From: Tilletiaria anomala UBC 951
Lineage: Eukaryota
DNA length: 64,000 bases
Assembly (NCBI RefSeq): GCF_000711695.1
Contig: NW_013547017.1
Location: 186,001-250,000, forward strand
Reading direction: 5' to 3'
Part shown: positions 24,060-37,018 of the stretch, one piece after another
Layout: every line of letters begins with the position of its first letter
Numbering within the stretch: the first letter of the stretch is position 1
Notes under the pieces: generated by a model
Databases searched by the model: none
What the model was told of the DNA's origin: nothing
The model's input: the letters and a program-made list of their open reading frames with translations, nothing else
Translations under genes and position numbers: made by a program

Positions 24060-24600
24060 GTTCAACTACCGTCATAGACACGCCTCGAACGTCCGCGCTC
24101 GTTGTCGCGTGCTTCTACGGCCAGCACCCTGTGTCGCATCGTGCGCCACAGGGTGCTGAACGTGTGCCGAACAAGTAGGCATACTACGCGTACGTCTGCT
24201 TTGCCACAGTTGCCAGCGTTAACTTTACTCTTGCCATTCCGGCCCTAACCCTGAACGATCTAGTGGAAGCAGCTGCGCCCCTTGGCCCCAGCTTGCTATT
24301 ATCCCGCTGCTGCTGTCGAGGATGGTCTTTTGGGCTCTGAGAGATTGTTGGTGCGCCTGCGGCTTCAACTGACAGATCACTGGCAATGAATACTTTACCT
24401 TTGCACGATAATCATCGTTGACGGTGTCGCAAAGGTGGCTCTGATATCCGCGATGATGATGGCATCACAGCGATAGCAGTGTATGGCGGCGTTAGAGGCG
24501 ACAATGATGCCAAGCAATACGTACCGTGTCAGCCACCGTCAGCCGTCTTGGACAGTTAACATCTTAACCAAAGGCAACCCGCTAGCTGTCGTGCACACTA
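24060..24600 (+). ncRNA. Candidate structured non-coding RNA (telomerase-RNA-like features)
   Basis: No ORF of 60 aa or more lies between 24066 and 24677. There is a 12-bp perfect stem at 24122-24158, further 7-8-bp stems, and CCCTAACCCT at 24243-24252. See findings. Confidence 0.3.
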
Positions 24601-24798
24601 AATTAATGTAAATTTGGCTAAGGCGTCAAGAAGCCATGTAGCTAGCTTATATTATGATGCAGTTTCCAAGTGCGTCATCAGGTCATCATGTGACGAAATG
24701 TGAAGTCGATAAACCGCAAAAAACTCGAGAACCGCCATATTATATTCGTTTGACTTGTCCCTGGTCTCCGCGGCTTTAACGGACTCTCTAATTCCATC

Positions 24799-27077
24799 AT
24801 GGCCTTACCACCGTTGATCACATCGCAGTCTACGGGTGCTGTAAGAGTCAGAACACCATTTGCAAAGTCATCCACCTGGTCTGGCTGGTCTCTGGTGTCT
24901 TGCAGCGCGAAAGGATTCACGCCTTTACGTCTGAGCCAGTCAAGATGATGCTTGCCAACCACCCCAGGGACTGGCCTCTCCACTTTCCTGAGCCGACTTC
25001 CTCGACTGACCTCAGAACGACTGACCAACTGCTTTCCCATGCGAATACTCATCAAGTCGAAGATGACGATATTGAAGACCAGGATATACCACCGCCTCGT
25101 GCACCTTTAACTGCTATCGCAGCATTTCTCAATGCTGCTCCTGAGGATGTACAACATCGCAAGGTCGTGCGATTTTCAACTTTACAGCTCGATCACACGC
25201 GTATTGGCTGGGCGTCATATCTTAAGCAATTTGTGCTGGATCCGCTTTGTCTTTCGGGGAGAAAGGTACATATTCCAAAAGCCGTCCTCGACTCTATAGA
25301 CGATGGTTATGTGATACCAACTCGTGCTGCAGGTGATGGGGGTGCTCCCAACAGCAATGCAGCAGCGTCATCGGCATTTCTGCGCCGATCGCAATCGCCT
25401 GAGGCTGAACAAGCGGATGAGAACCCTCAAGATGACCTTGTCAACTGGACTTTGATGCTCCAAGAAGTTAAATCAGTGGTAACTCAACAACCTCTGCATT
25501 CGCTGAGTTTGGCGTCATGCAATCTTGAAGCGAGCTGTCTGCGTCCACTCGCATCATACATCGAGGGGAACGGAACTTTGAGAGAGCTTCACTTACAGGG
25601 AAATTCCCTCCTGGTGCGTTGACTCCTAAAATGTTTCAACGGCAGCTCAGTGCCCTGCTCACGGTGTGTTCATGTGCTCCCTTACCACCGTCAGACAGAT
25701 CCTCCTCTCGCAGGCTTGTTCGCGAGGAGTGTGCGACACTCCGTCCTTGGCATTCTGAATCTGAGCACAAACAGAATGGATGACAGGAACGAAGCTTTCG
25801 ACGTCTTCCTTCTGAACCTCAATTCAGTGACTCTGCAGACATTGTCACTTTCGCAACTAATCAAGGACGGTTACGTGGAGGAGCAGTATGCGACCGCCGA
25901 CGGTACGATTCAAACGAAGCGAAGATCTTTGGGGATCAAGGCTGCTCGCACGCTTGCCTTGTTCATCAGACGGAGCCTCCAAACTCAAGTATGTGCCTCG
26001 TCATCTGCCAGAGAAGCGTCGAAGGCGCGATCGTTCCCACCATACGCTGGCTGTCCAAACTTGACACTGCTCAAGTTGAATGCCAACTCTTTTGGCCAAG
26101 GCGGCGTGAGCCTGATCACCGCCGCTCACTGCGGTGACTCGAGCTGGCACGAAATCACTCCACGGCTGAACCAGCGGCTTGATAGGCCAGGCGCGCACTT
26201 CGCCTCTTCATTGGAGCCTCGTGCAGATTGGATGCTCTATGGGAGTAGACACTTTCTCCTCGTCAACCTCTACGCCTGCGAGTCAATGACAGAGGATCAC
26301 GTGGTTTTCGAAGACATCCTTGCCGTGGTGCGCCATGGCCATATGGCACTCGAGAACGGTCAAGAAAGGTCTGATTGGTCCGCTGCAAATGCTATCCTCA
26401 CCGAACACCCCTGTCGTGGAGTGCAGGACACCGGATCCGTCCGTTTCGAGGCTCAGGCGCTGGAGCGGGTCTTAGAAGCACTGGCATGCTACAATGAGAC
26501 TAAGGGTCACCCACTGAACAATCTTCTGAAGCCGCTGCACCCATCTATCACACGATGCACGCAGATTGCTGCCTTTTCGGTCTTGGGTGTTGCGCGTGTC
26601 CTCGGTTGCAACGTATCGTCTGCTGCAACGGCCGATGGATCACCGCCTTGGTGGCTTCATCTGCCACCGGAACTTAAAATTGCAATATTGAGGCAAGTAG
26701 CTTCTCAGAGCAGAATCGAATATGACCATGAATACCCTCGCTTCTTCTCAGAACGACAGCTGTTGGCTGTGCTCAGCTTTGCCAGCGATGCGCGAACGAT
26801 CGGCTACGGACGAACGAACGAAGCTCTCATTGCAACACTACGCGTCAAAGAAGAGGAGGGCCTAGTGAAGGAAGGAAGGTTGCAGCCTGGGATTCTTGGC
26901 ACTCCAATCTGGAGCTTTGTGGAAGCAGCTCGTCGTTCGCCGCCACGAAATTGGCCGGCCGAGCTGGCGCACATGCAGCGCGACTTATCGAGTGACACTT
27001 GGTCGACATCGAGAAGCCGGCACGCCGAAGCAGCAGCCTTTTTGGATATCACTGAGACTTTGATGTGTAGAGAATAA
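24799..27077 (+). CDS. RNI-like leucine-rich-repeat protein with a C-terminal F-box-like motif
   Basis: LRR segments LHSLSLASCNL, LRELHLQGNSL, LGILNLSTNRM, LQTLSLS, LTLLKLNANSFG, and a late WLHLPPELKIAILRQV. Exons 24799-24840, 24906-25613, 25695-27077 splice in frame. Confidence 0.8.
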
Positions 27078-28488
27078 GCCGTATAAGCATGGACGATAGT
27101 AAGGAACGGCGGCACGCTGAAGCACTTGTGCATGGCATAGTGACCTTACTCTGCAGAGAGCAGGTCACTCAACGCACGCATGCCACCTGGTAGATTCCTA
27201 GATAGACCGTATATCGCCTGCAATGTATTTCGAACAATTCATCCCAGTTAGCGGTGCAATTACTCAATATAATCTCGTTGAAAGGCAAATGTCCCCGAAC
27301 GGAGCAGGCTGACGGCCGCAAAACGACTAGGGTCACAGGCTCGTGTTTTCGACCGGGCTACGTAGTTGGTCCTATAGGTCCAGAGGGGCTGCTCTGACCT
27401 TTCTCCAGCTGTGAACGGGATGACGCCGGACTACAGCTTATAACGGAATCAAGTAACGAAGATCAGCCTTCAGCTCTCCTTGTGAGGGATCCGGTCGTTC
27501 TGCGGTGGCTGTTGACGACCCAAAGGTTGCAGTCTCTGAGGAATTGGAATTCCAACGATCCAGGTGTGATCGTGAGGGGGAGCCAGCGAACGAGAGCTGA
27601 GGCCTGGGAGCACGTGACTTTTACAGTTTGTGTGGGGTGATGCAATGGCGCAGGGCATGCAACGAATAAAGATCTAGAGGCTCCTGTATAACGGCCAACG
27701 GCACCAAAGATAGAGGCGATTTCCTGTCTAATGTCCGCACCCCCCAGGGCGTTCCTGTGATGAGCGGATGAGCGACGACATGTTCTTAGCGAGATCTTCG
27801 GGGAAGGGCCCGAGTCAGGGGAAATGGGAGAACGCAAGAGTCTCGAGTCAAAGGATCAAAGTGGCCGCGATGATTATTACTCAAGGATCGCGGAGATCCG
27901 TTGCGGATGAGACAAGGCGAGATTCGGTGCTCCATCACCCGTCCACCCGTTTCGACGGCTCTCGAAGTGGCCTTCTTCCACAACCTCCCCTCATCTCGGC
28001 TCCTGCAGAGGTCTTGACAATCAAAGTTACAGCGAGCGCAGATTTGCCCCTGCCTCCATTAGAGCGGACCCGTCGTGGCAGCAGCCTGCCTGTCTACTCT
28101 TCTTGCTCCAGCTGGGTCAGCAGCGACACCGTGACAAGGGATGCTTTGTAGTCATTCTGATCCATTGCAATGTTTTTGCTTCCTCTCCCTTCTGATGGTG
28201 CAATCTCCTTCGAGTCTCCTCTCCGCTGCTTCTCCATACTCGATGTCTCCTTCTGGACTACCCTTGGTGAAGCAGGGCTGAAAGCATCCTCCGAGCTCAT
28301 CTGTTCACCTGCATCCGACCGTACTACTAGCTCATGCTGCCCTGCTTCAGCGATCACCTTCAAAGACCTGTTCGTTAGGTTTGATGGAGCGCATGGCGCT
28401 GACCAGATCCGCAAACAAGCGTGCCTGTGACTGATTTACGGCGCGTCAAGCGAAACGTCGAATTCGCATAAGCAAAGCTCTTACCACG

Positions 28489-31400
28489 ATGCGGCAGTTC
28501 ACCCTCAACATACACGGTCTTTCCATGAGGAGTAGCACAGAAGGGCGACAGCGATCGTTGCCACATCGCAGCGTGATCCAACGCTTGATCGTCGGCTTTC
28601 TTCTGGCACTGTGTATAGCACCATCCCTCGCGCAATCCCCACCGCTGGCCACGTCAACGAATGCGGGAAGCACATCCGCGCAATCCTCATCGAACGTCGA
28701 AAATACTAGCAATGGCGCCAGTCCGACATCCTCTTCTCAATCTCTTTACACGCTTACGACAGTCTCGTTGGCCACGGTCACATTATCCCCGCAACAACCG
28801 CTTCCACCCGGGGCGCATCCGATCAGCAGCAATGCAACGAATCAATACGTCACTTCCGTCACTCGTGTTCTGACGCTCGGCATAGCTAGCGCTACCAAAC
28901 CTTCCGCCATCTCTTCGCCGTCGCCATATGGAGATTCTACAGCCACAACAGCGCTAGCTTCAGACACATCCCCAAGCCTCCCACTGCAGACCGTCATCGA
29001 TCCTGCTTTCGGCGTGCTCGGCGCGTTTCTCATCATCAGCGGTCTCTTCATGGCATTCTGGGGTATCAAGTCGACCTGGTCCACGGTCTTTTTCACTGGG
29101 TAAGTAGTTCATGCAATCGAAATAAGTCCAGGACAATACCCCGGGGCTTTGCTGGCATCTTAAACGCGAGGTAATGTGGTGTTTCCTTGTAGCACATCGT
29201 GCGCTCGCGCTGTCGTGAGCTTGGGGATGCATGCTTTACTTTCACTGCACTTGGCGTACAGTCTCACCTGCTAGGAGCCCACGAGGAAGTTGACCGCTGA
29301 CAAATGATCCCCAAACATTTGGCTACGCCTTCACCTCGGCTTCACCATTACGCAGATTTTACTCTCTCGCCCTGATCACCATCTGCATCATCCTCCGTGC
29401 GGGCGTTGCACAATCCATCTACGATCCTTCGCCTGGTCTTCGTGGCGTCTTTCTCGTCGCGTGCGTTGTCATCGGCGCGATCGGGGGCATCCTCGCACTC
29501 ATCTTCCGCTACTCTTCCACGCTGCTGACTGCCTGCCTAGGTGGTTTCGCTCTTGGCTTACTTCTGCAAGCTACACGGGATGGAGGACTCATTCGGAAAT
29601 TCGGCATGCGTTATGCCCTCTACTTTGGCTGTACTGCGCTGACTTTCGGGCTTCATTTAATTGTGAGGTTACAACGGCCTGTCATCATCCTCAGCACGGC
29701 TCTCACTGGTGCCACCGCTGTCATCCTCGGCGTCGACTGCTTCACGACTGCCGGTCTCAAGGAGTTCTATGTCCGCAACATTGGCTTCGATGACATCTTC
29801 ATTCGCAAGTATCCAGACACATTCAGCAGTAATCGCTGGCCTCTGACGACGGCCATGCTCATCGAAGTCGTGTCTATCGCTGCTGTCACCCTCATGGCTG
29901 CTGCCTTCCAGTGGCGCTTGTGGTCCGACCTGCGCCGCAACATTCGTGCCATGCGCGAGGCGGACGAAGACCGCGAGACGAGGCGCAAGGCAGAGAAGGC
30001 CGCGAAGCGCATCCAGCGCAGCGCTCAGGCTGACCTGCAAGAATGGGAAAAGAGGTACAGCAGCAACAACCACAGGAACATGAACGCCTTTCGGATAGCC
30101 ATCGAGAGAGATGGCGCTGGCGACGACCGAGAACGCAAGAATTCTAGCATGAACAGCTTGCTCAACTTCATGCCACGTGCACTGCACACAACCGCTTCGC
30201 AAGATTCGCACGGGTGGGACATGGAATCAAAGGGCTCGATGACGCCCGCTGCGATGACACCGCACATGGAGACGGCGCCCCTCGCCCGTCCTACATCTAC
30301 TCGCCCCGGCTCGTTCTTGCACTATGTCGCGACAGGTCAGCGTAACTTAGCGTACCTCTCGAAGTGGGACCCAGGCCACCTGCAGCACACCCGCACCAAT
30401 TCGGCGGCTACACTACCTCCACTCGACCTGGGCGGATCACTGAGCGAGTCCTCACAGTGTCATCACCCGCAGGGGCAACATCAACAACGCCGCCAACTTG
30501 CATCGCTTCAGATGAATTCCAACCCTTCCTCCAAGTCGGCTGGAAGCAGCAACTCGGGCGATCCTGAGCTGCTGCTCGATGAGATACAAAGGATTCGAGA
30601 GAGCATCGATAACTTGCGCAAGGCATCCTCCTTCGACCTTGAAAATGCTTCAGCTGTCACACGCGCTGATGACTCAAAGCCCTTTTCCGCGACGGACGGA
30701 CGCATACGCGCTGGCTCGATTCACATGAGCAAGACGGCTTCAAACGCGCTGCTCGCGGCGCCGGAATGTGTAGAAGAGGAAACGGGCGATGACACGATTG
30801 CTAGCATCCGCGATTTGAAGGCAAAGGGGGCATTCACAAGGCAGAAACGGCACTCAATGAGCGGCCTGGAGCCTTCTCAGTCATTGCAGGAAGTCATCAC
30901 CTCGGAAGCGGCTGAGATACCTACACAGACCTACCGCGCTCATCGGCTTTCCTCATCTTCACCTCAGCAGCAGCAGCAACGTACGATCACGATGGATCCG
31001 GTTGTCAGTGCTGCTCGCCGCGCATCTGCCTTACCGGCCTCCAGGCCCAGCATGAGCGAAGTAAGTCCGTGGACAGCGCTACCGCACCGCAATTCTTCCG
31101 AAAGCCTGTCGCCGTCCTTGACAACTTCATCGCCGCAGCTCAACAAATCAAACACGCCGCCGCCCAAGGATCCGCTGCCACCGCTTCCGAAGACTGCCCC
31201 GGCCTCTCCTTTGGCGCATTTGGCGCCGTTGGATCGCGCACAAAGTCAGAGCAAACTTTCAGCTGGCGGATCCATGTCGCTTGCGCAATACGAAGCCAAG
31301 CACAAGGAGCGCTTGGCAGCCATGCAGCGCAATGCAACTGAAGCTCTTCTCGAGAGGGAGAAGAGCCGCTTATTACAGATCGAACGCCAAAAGGCATCTG

Positions 31401-32218
31401 AAGCATTTGCCGAGAAGGACAGGCACGCGCTGAAGGAAACGGAGGTTGTGCTCAAACCACAGGAGTTCTCCATGAGCGGGCATAGCTCTGGCCATGGCAA
31501 GAGCATCAACGTTATGCAGGTTCCGCAAGGCCAAGCGCCTGCATGCTCAGTGCAGTCACCTTTGGCCGCAGCCAGCCAACGAATGAGCATACCTAACGCC
31601 AGCAAAAATGCATTCGGTCATGATGATGCCAAGCGCATGAGTCTGCACCGCCGTTCGAGTAGCATTTCACTCGATGAAATTGCGCGCCAAACGCTGCAAC
31701 ACCGCTCGCAGCGTTCGCTTGGTGGCTTTGCGAGCACGCAGCGCCCTGAGCCTTCGTCAGCCAAGATGCAGCAACAGCAGATGCAGACGCATCCCCGCAG
31801 GAGGCACTCGGCCTCGGACTTGCTTCAACAACATGCACTTCAGTGTTCCACGCATAGCGCGGCGGGAAGGAATGACACGACCACGACCAGCGGTCGTGGA
31901 GAGATCCGTCTTCCCGACAAGGCGGCGTCCACTACGATGAACGCCACAGCTCCTGCTGTCGCGTTCAAGCGCGCATCGGCCACGCTGACCGAGACAGATC
32001 GCCGTCGTATCGCCGAGGGTGCACTGCAGGGCCAAAACAGTGGCGGCCACCGCAGGCGGCTCAGCCAGCCTCTGCTGCAATTCGACAACATGGTTGTTGA
32101 ACAGGCGCTCGATAAAGCGACCGCAGAAGACGAGCGCAGGCACAAACGTGCGTCACAGTTCTCGCTGTCGATGACTAGGCAAAAGCGTTCTTCGATGTCT
32201 GCGCAGCCCAAAGCGTAA
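28489..32218 (+). CDS. DUF4203/TM7SF3-like multi-pass membrane protein with a long disordered/coiled C-terminus
   Basis: Signal-like N-terminus, S/T-rich ectodomain, LPLQTVIDPAFGVLGAFLIISG, TM helices and TAVILGVDCFTTAGLKEFY. Intron 29100-29355. The start could be the second Met. Confidence 0.8.
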
Positions 32219-32588
32219 AGACGGTTTCGCTTCGGTACGCAATTCTGACTGGGGCAAAGGGATCCACTTCCCTTTCGCAGCATTTCGTCCACAATATACA
32301 CTTGTCGTCGGCAAGCAACACTTTCATTCACACTCTCTTCGATTCATACCACCTCCAGCAGATCGTAGCCAGCCAATACGCATTCATGCGTACCCATGCA
32401 CACATCTTTGCCTTACACTCTTTCAGTTTTTCACCTTCGACACGCCAGATGGTGGTGCCACATGTATCGAGCAGGAGCAATGCGCATACACGAAATTCGT
32501 TTGCAATTTTGTTCTGCTAAACAAGGTTTGCAGTCTAGCGTTCAAGCAATGGTACTTGTCTCTTGCTCTTTTCCTGGACAGTTGGGCA

Positions 32589-33732
32589 TCACAACAGGGT
32601 TTCGCCGAACGCAGAGCGCACGAGCGAGCAGCCAACGGCAATGGTCTGCTCGGCATCAGCGGGCATGAGCGATGGGTTGACCTCCATGAGATCCATGGCG
32701 ACAAGTGCGCCAGTCTCGTAGAGCGCCTCGCAGATGTAGTGACCCTCGCGGAAGGAGAGACCGCCACGCACGGGCGTGCCGGTCGACGGCGCGACGCTCG
32801 GGTCGAGCGCGTCAACGTCGAAGCTGAGGTGGATGGGTCTCTCGCGCTTGCCTTTTACACCGTCGTTGATGTAATCGAGCGCCATGTCAACAACTGCACC
32901 GATGCCGTACCGGTCGACCTCGTGCATGCTGAACGCCTTGATGCCGTGCTTGCGCAGGATAGTCTTCTCCTCTGAGTCTACGTCGCGCAGGCCAATGTAT
33001 ACGAGCCGCTTGGGGTCGAGGAACTTCGATGCGGGGCCGGGCAGCCAGGTGGAGAAGGGCTCGACCTGCGTGTCTTCGAGGTTGCACAGGAACGAGACGG
33101 GGCAGCCGTGCAGGTTACCCGAGTCGGTCGTCTGCGGCGTGTTGATGTCGGCGTGCGCGTCGACCCAGATCAGTGCCAGGTCCGGGTGCGCGGCGAGAGA
33201 GCCAAGCACTGTGCCGAGACCGAGCGAGTGGTCGCCGCCGAGCGTTAGCGGGATCTTGCCCTCCTTCGCCTTGGAGGCGACGACAGTTGCGACCGCCTGG
33301 GTCACGTGTGAGACGGTGCGAGGATTCTTCATCTTTCCGATCGGCGTATCTTTGGCCAGCTGCTCAGAAGAGACAATGGACTCGAACTGCTGATACCCTG
33401 TGAACTCGACTGTCCAGCCGAGCTGGGTGAGCTGCTCGAGCAGACCAGCGGAGACGAGCGAGTTGGGCCCTGCCTCGACACCTGGTCGTCCCTGCATGGA
33501 GTTTGGGCGATGTGGAGCGACAGAGAGGTTATTTCATGTGGGATCGATGCACAGTGCTAACGGACAACAACTACGACCAGGGCCCTCTCACCTGACCAGA
33601 GCTGAAGGGACAACCGATCAGGCTGACCGTCTTGTTCTTGACGAAGCGGAGGTTGTCAACCGCGCTGTTGGCCCGCGGCCGTTCACTGCTGCCGCAGTTG
33701 GCTGTGCTTGTCAATGCTGGTGCTGCTGACAT
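32589..33732 (-). CDS. CAR1: Arginase
   Basis: Motifs [66 protein letters not shown]. Intron 33591-33492. Confidence 0.97.
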
Positions 33733-35303
33733 TTTGAAGGGCTGGCTGTATGCTATGCGGAGGAAAGCAAAAGAGCCCAACTGTGTGACTTGTCTGAGCG
33801 TGTGTTCTCGCCGTAAAGCAACGGCTCGCAGGCACTTGCACTTGGGTCAGGACGAGGCCACAGCCAGGTGATCAGAGGCAGTGACAGAGCATATATATGT
33901 GTGAATATAGACTGGCTGATCGACAAGGACGGTCTCGTTGCGGGCTCCCTTGCTGTCAAGGAGAGGGTTGCACTGACTCCCGAATCTGATGACGATGAGC
34001 TGAACTCTGAGAGACTCCGATTCTACCTAGTTGTGGGTGAGTGTACGTGTGTGTTGTGACGTAGGCGCCACGCGGACGTTTCGATGTGTGACAGCGTGAT
34101 CTAGAGAGTTGGATGTAGTTAGGGTTGGAGCGCGGCGTGCAGCAGCCAGCACCACTACGCAACAACCCTGCACAGAACGACCGTTCGTCGTTTCGCGTGC
34201 TTTCTTGTACTGACACTAGCGAGGGTAGCCAACCGACTCGAGGCATTCGTGACACTGCGAGTTGCTGTGCAGAGCGCGGCTGGGGTCGAGGCAACGAGGT
34301 GGTATCGTACGCCGAGAATGGAGAGGAGAAAAGACGCACCGCTCATCACCCATCCTCCAGTTGCAGGCAGCCATTAACCGGCGCAACTCGTCCTGGCATG
34401 GGCACAAGCCCAAACATATAATAAAAGACCGATACTTGACTCTCCAATATACCTTTCCTCGATATGCTGCTGCAACAAGACAAGTTCCCGCGCCGAGATG
34501 GCTACGCCATCTCGTGGAAACTCCTTGGGCCGCACTCCTCCTTCCCTTCCTCTCCCCCCCGCTGCTGGTCAAATTGGAGCGAGTGGAACGGTCCCATTGA
34601 CCCTGACCATGGGCATATCAGGCTTAGCAGAAGACTGGGGGCGTTTGTAACCCAGCTGGCAAAGCATACATAATGTGCTCTTCCCTCTGTCATCCCGCCG
34701 CTCCTTCGCTCCCTGTGCTAGTGTGCTACTCGCTTGACGGTGCTGGCCCTCTCCCCGCTTGCCTTGGATGTGTATTGTCGCTCGCAGAGTTGCGAACGCA
34801 GATACGACCGGCGGCGCCACGCAAGCGAGTGAGCGATCGTGCGCAGTGCAACCAAAGGGAACCATACGCCACGCTGGTGCTCGGGCCCGGCCAACGAGGC
34901 GCAGCTCTAGCACCGCACCGCACTACATCGCGCCCTCGCCACGCGCGGGCCAGCCAAGGGAATCGCTGCGCAGGCGCGACAGGGCATGCGTGTGATTTAG
35001 ACGGCGCTTGTGCCATATCTGTAGCATTCTTGTCGATGTCGCGGTGGGAGGGGAGGTGCGGTCGCAAGGTGGTGACGTTTGTGATGTTTTCATCGGCGAG
35101 ATTGCAGGAGTGGCACCGCTGATTATGAGCTGAAAACATGTCCCTCGAGGAAGCGCAAAAGCAGTCTGCTTACGATGCTAGAGTACACAAGGGGAAACAA
35201 GTGGCCGCTGCTGCTGCTGCAGCTGTATAAAGCGGGTGCTCACATTTCGGGTCCGAAGACGAGTGCGCTTGAACCATACAGCGTCGAGAAGGTCTAAAAC
35301 GAC

Positions 35304-36634
35304 TCAAATGGCACCCGTCTTGACAGCATGCAGCTGGACAGAGCCGACGGCGGCTGTCTCTGCGAGCCGCTTGGCTGCCTCGTCGAGCTGTCCGAGAAGC
35401 ATCATTCCCTCAAGCCTGCTCGGCTCATTTTGCAGCTTGAAGAGCTTGTTCACGTCCTCCACCGGCAGCGGCGGCAGACCCTGCTGCTCGCGCAGCGCGT
35501 TCTCAGCCCGTCGCCTGGACAGGTACGCCTCGGCGCGCGCCTTCTCGCGACCCAGCTGGCGCAGCTGGTAGCCGATGTTGCCTGCCTCGGATGCGTGCTC
35601 GTCCAGCGCCTCGAGCGTCGACTCGAGCGAGGTGGACAGCACTGGCGGCAGAGCGAACGTCAGGTTGTGGTTGAGCGCCGCGGATGTGTCCAGCGCGGCA
35701 GACGTCGATCGCTGCAGCAGAGAGGCGCTCGTTGGGGGTAAAATCGAAGGCGCAGCATCCGAAGGCGCAGAGAGCGTAGAGAGCAGCGCATCGAGAAGGG
35801 CTGTGTTGTGAAGCGTCACCGGGATCTCGACAAGCACGTTCGAAAAAGTGAGCTTATGGTCCACGAGACTGCCGCAGACAAGGCACAGGCAAATCATATG
35901 AGCTTCCAGGCTCATCTTCCTTATTCTTTCGAATGCACTCACGCCTGTGTGTGGAATTTGCCACGCCGGTAGGCGTCGATGAAAGAAGGTGCCAGCCGGA
36001 ACGCCCGGATTGTCGTGTTGCCCATTGCCGACTGCGCCAGGTCGTGGACCAGCAGGATTGCTCTCCCCTTTCCCTCTGTTCCCTCCCGCTCCATCAAGCT
36101 CGATATTGCCCAGAGTCCGTCAATGACGGCAGAAGACAGGAAGGCGCCGAGGAAGCAGCCGTAGTAGAGACCCACCGGGTTCGCGTCTGCATTCACATCG
36201 CGGAGGAGTGAAAGCATCGCAGAAGTGTACCGAGTGACGCCCTTTCCGACCTGTGCCTCTGCATCCTGGTCCTCAGAGACGCCGCGATCCCGTGAAGACG
36301 AGCCAAGTGCGTTGCCTGGAAGAGAGAAAACGTTGGATACCTCGAGTGCCCCGGCAATCTCAAGGCCCAGCAACGCTCCCGTAGCGGCGCTTGGGTGAGC
36401 ATCCTTGGAGTGCTTGACAATCTTGGCCAGCGCGAGACCATCGAGACGGACAGAGGTGATAGCTTGCTTGGCAGACTTGACCAGCTCCAGCGCTGCGATG
36501 TCCAGATCCGTGAGCGGACGTTCGGCCTGCGTCAACCCTGCAGCGGCCTTGGCAACTGTCGCCACGCCAGCCTTTGACGCTTCAGGCTTGCTTGCTCCGG
36601 CCACAACCGCTGCTGCTACGCTCGCTGCTGACAT
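35304..36634 (-). CDS. EIF3H: Translation initiation factor 3 subunit H (MPN domain)
   Basis: VRLDGLALAKIVKH, GALLGL, LEVSNVF, LRDVNADANPVG, RRRAENALREQQGLPPLP, EPSRLE. Intron 35942-35869. Confidence 0.88.
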
Positions 36635-36822
36635 ATTGACTGTACTACTTGACGGCCCCTGCTGCTAGTGTTGCTGCGAGCCGTTGCTTGTGGTTGGTCG
36701 AGATGTCACGAGCGAGGATGAGAAGAATGTGTAAAATCTCTCGCAGAGCGTTGGTGAGGAAGGCAGGCGGCAGGTGGGAGTCCCTCAAAAATTGTGAGCT
36801 GTCCCAGGCGTTGTTAATTAGA

Positions 36823-36845
36823 GTCACGTGACCGGGATGACGCGT
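36823..36845. promoter_or_regulatory. Divergent eIF3h/CENP-P-like promoter with palindromic GTCACGTGAC and ACGCGT
   Basis: GTCACGTGAC at 36823-36832 and ACGCGT at 36840-36845, seen directly. Confidence 0.45.
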
Positions 36846-37018
36846 GATTCCATTGCGTTCTTGATGGAAAGCGCAGGCACGCATGCGCGCCACGAATCAC
36901 GATGTTGATCATTCATTCATGCTACATCGTCTCGTGCTCGCCATTCGTTGTGTCACGGCGCACATCTTTCCATTGGATCGAGCAAAGAAGCGATCCCCAA
37001 AGGCGTCAATCACCGAAA

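Noticed and set aside
27400..28450. ORF fragments between the LRR and DUF4203-like genes
   Set aside because: Multiple stops in all frames and no recognisable domain; cannot support a gene call.
33750..35250. Arginine-sensing uORF or ncRNA upstream of arginase
   Set aside because: No arginine attenuator peptide-like sequence (which belongs to CPA1/arg-2) and no convincing structure seen.
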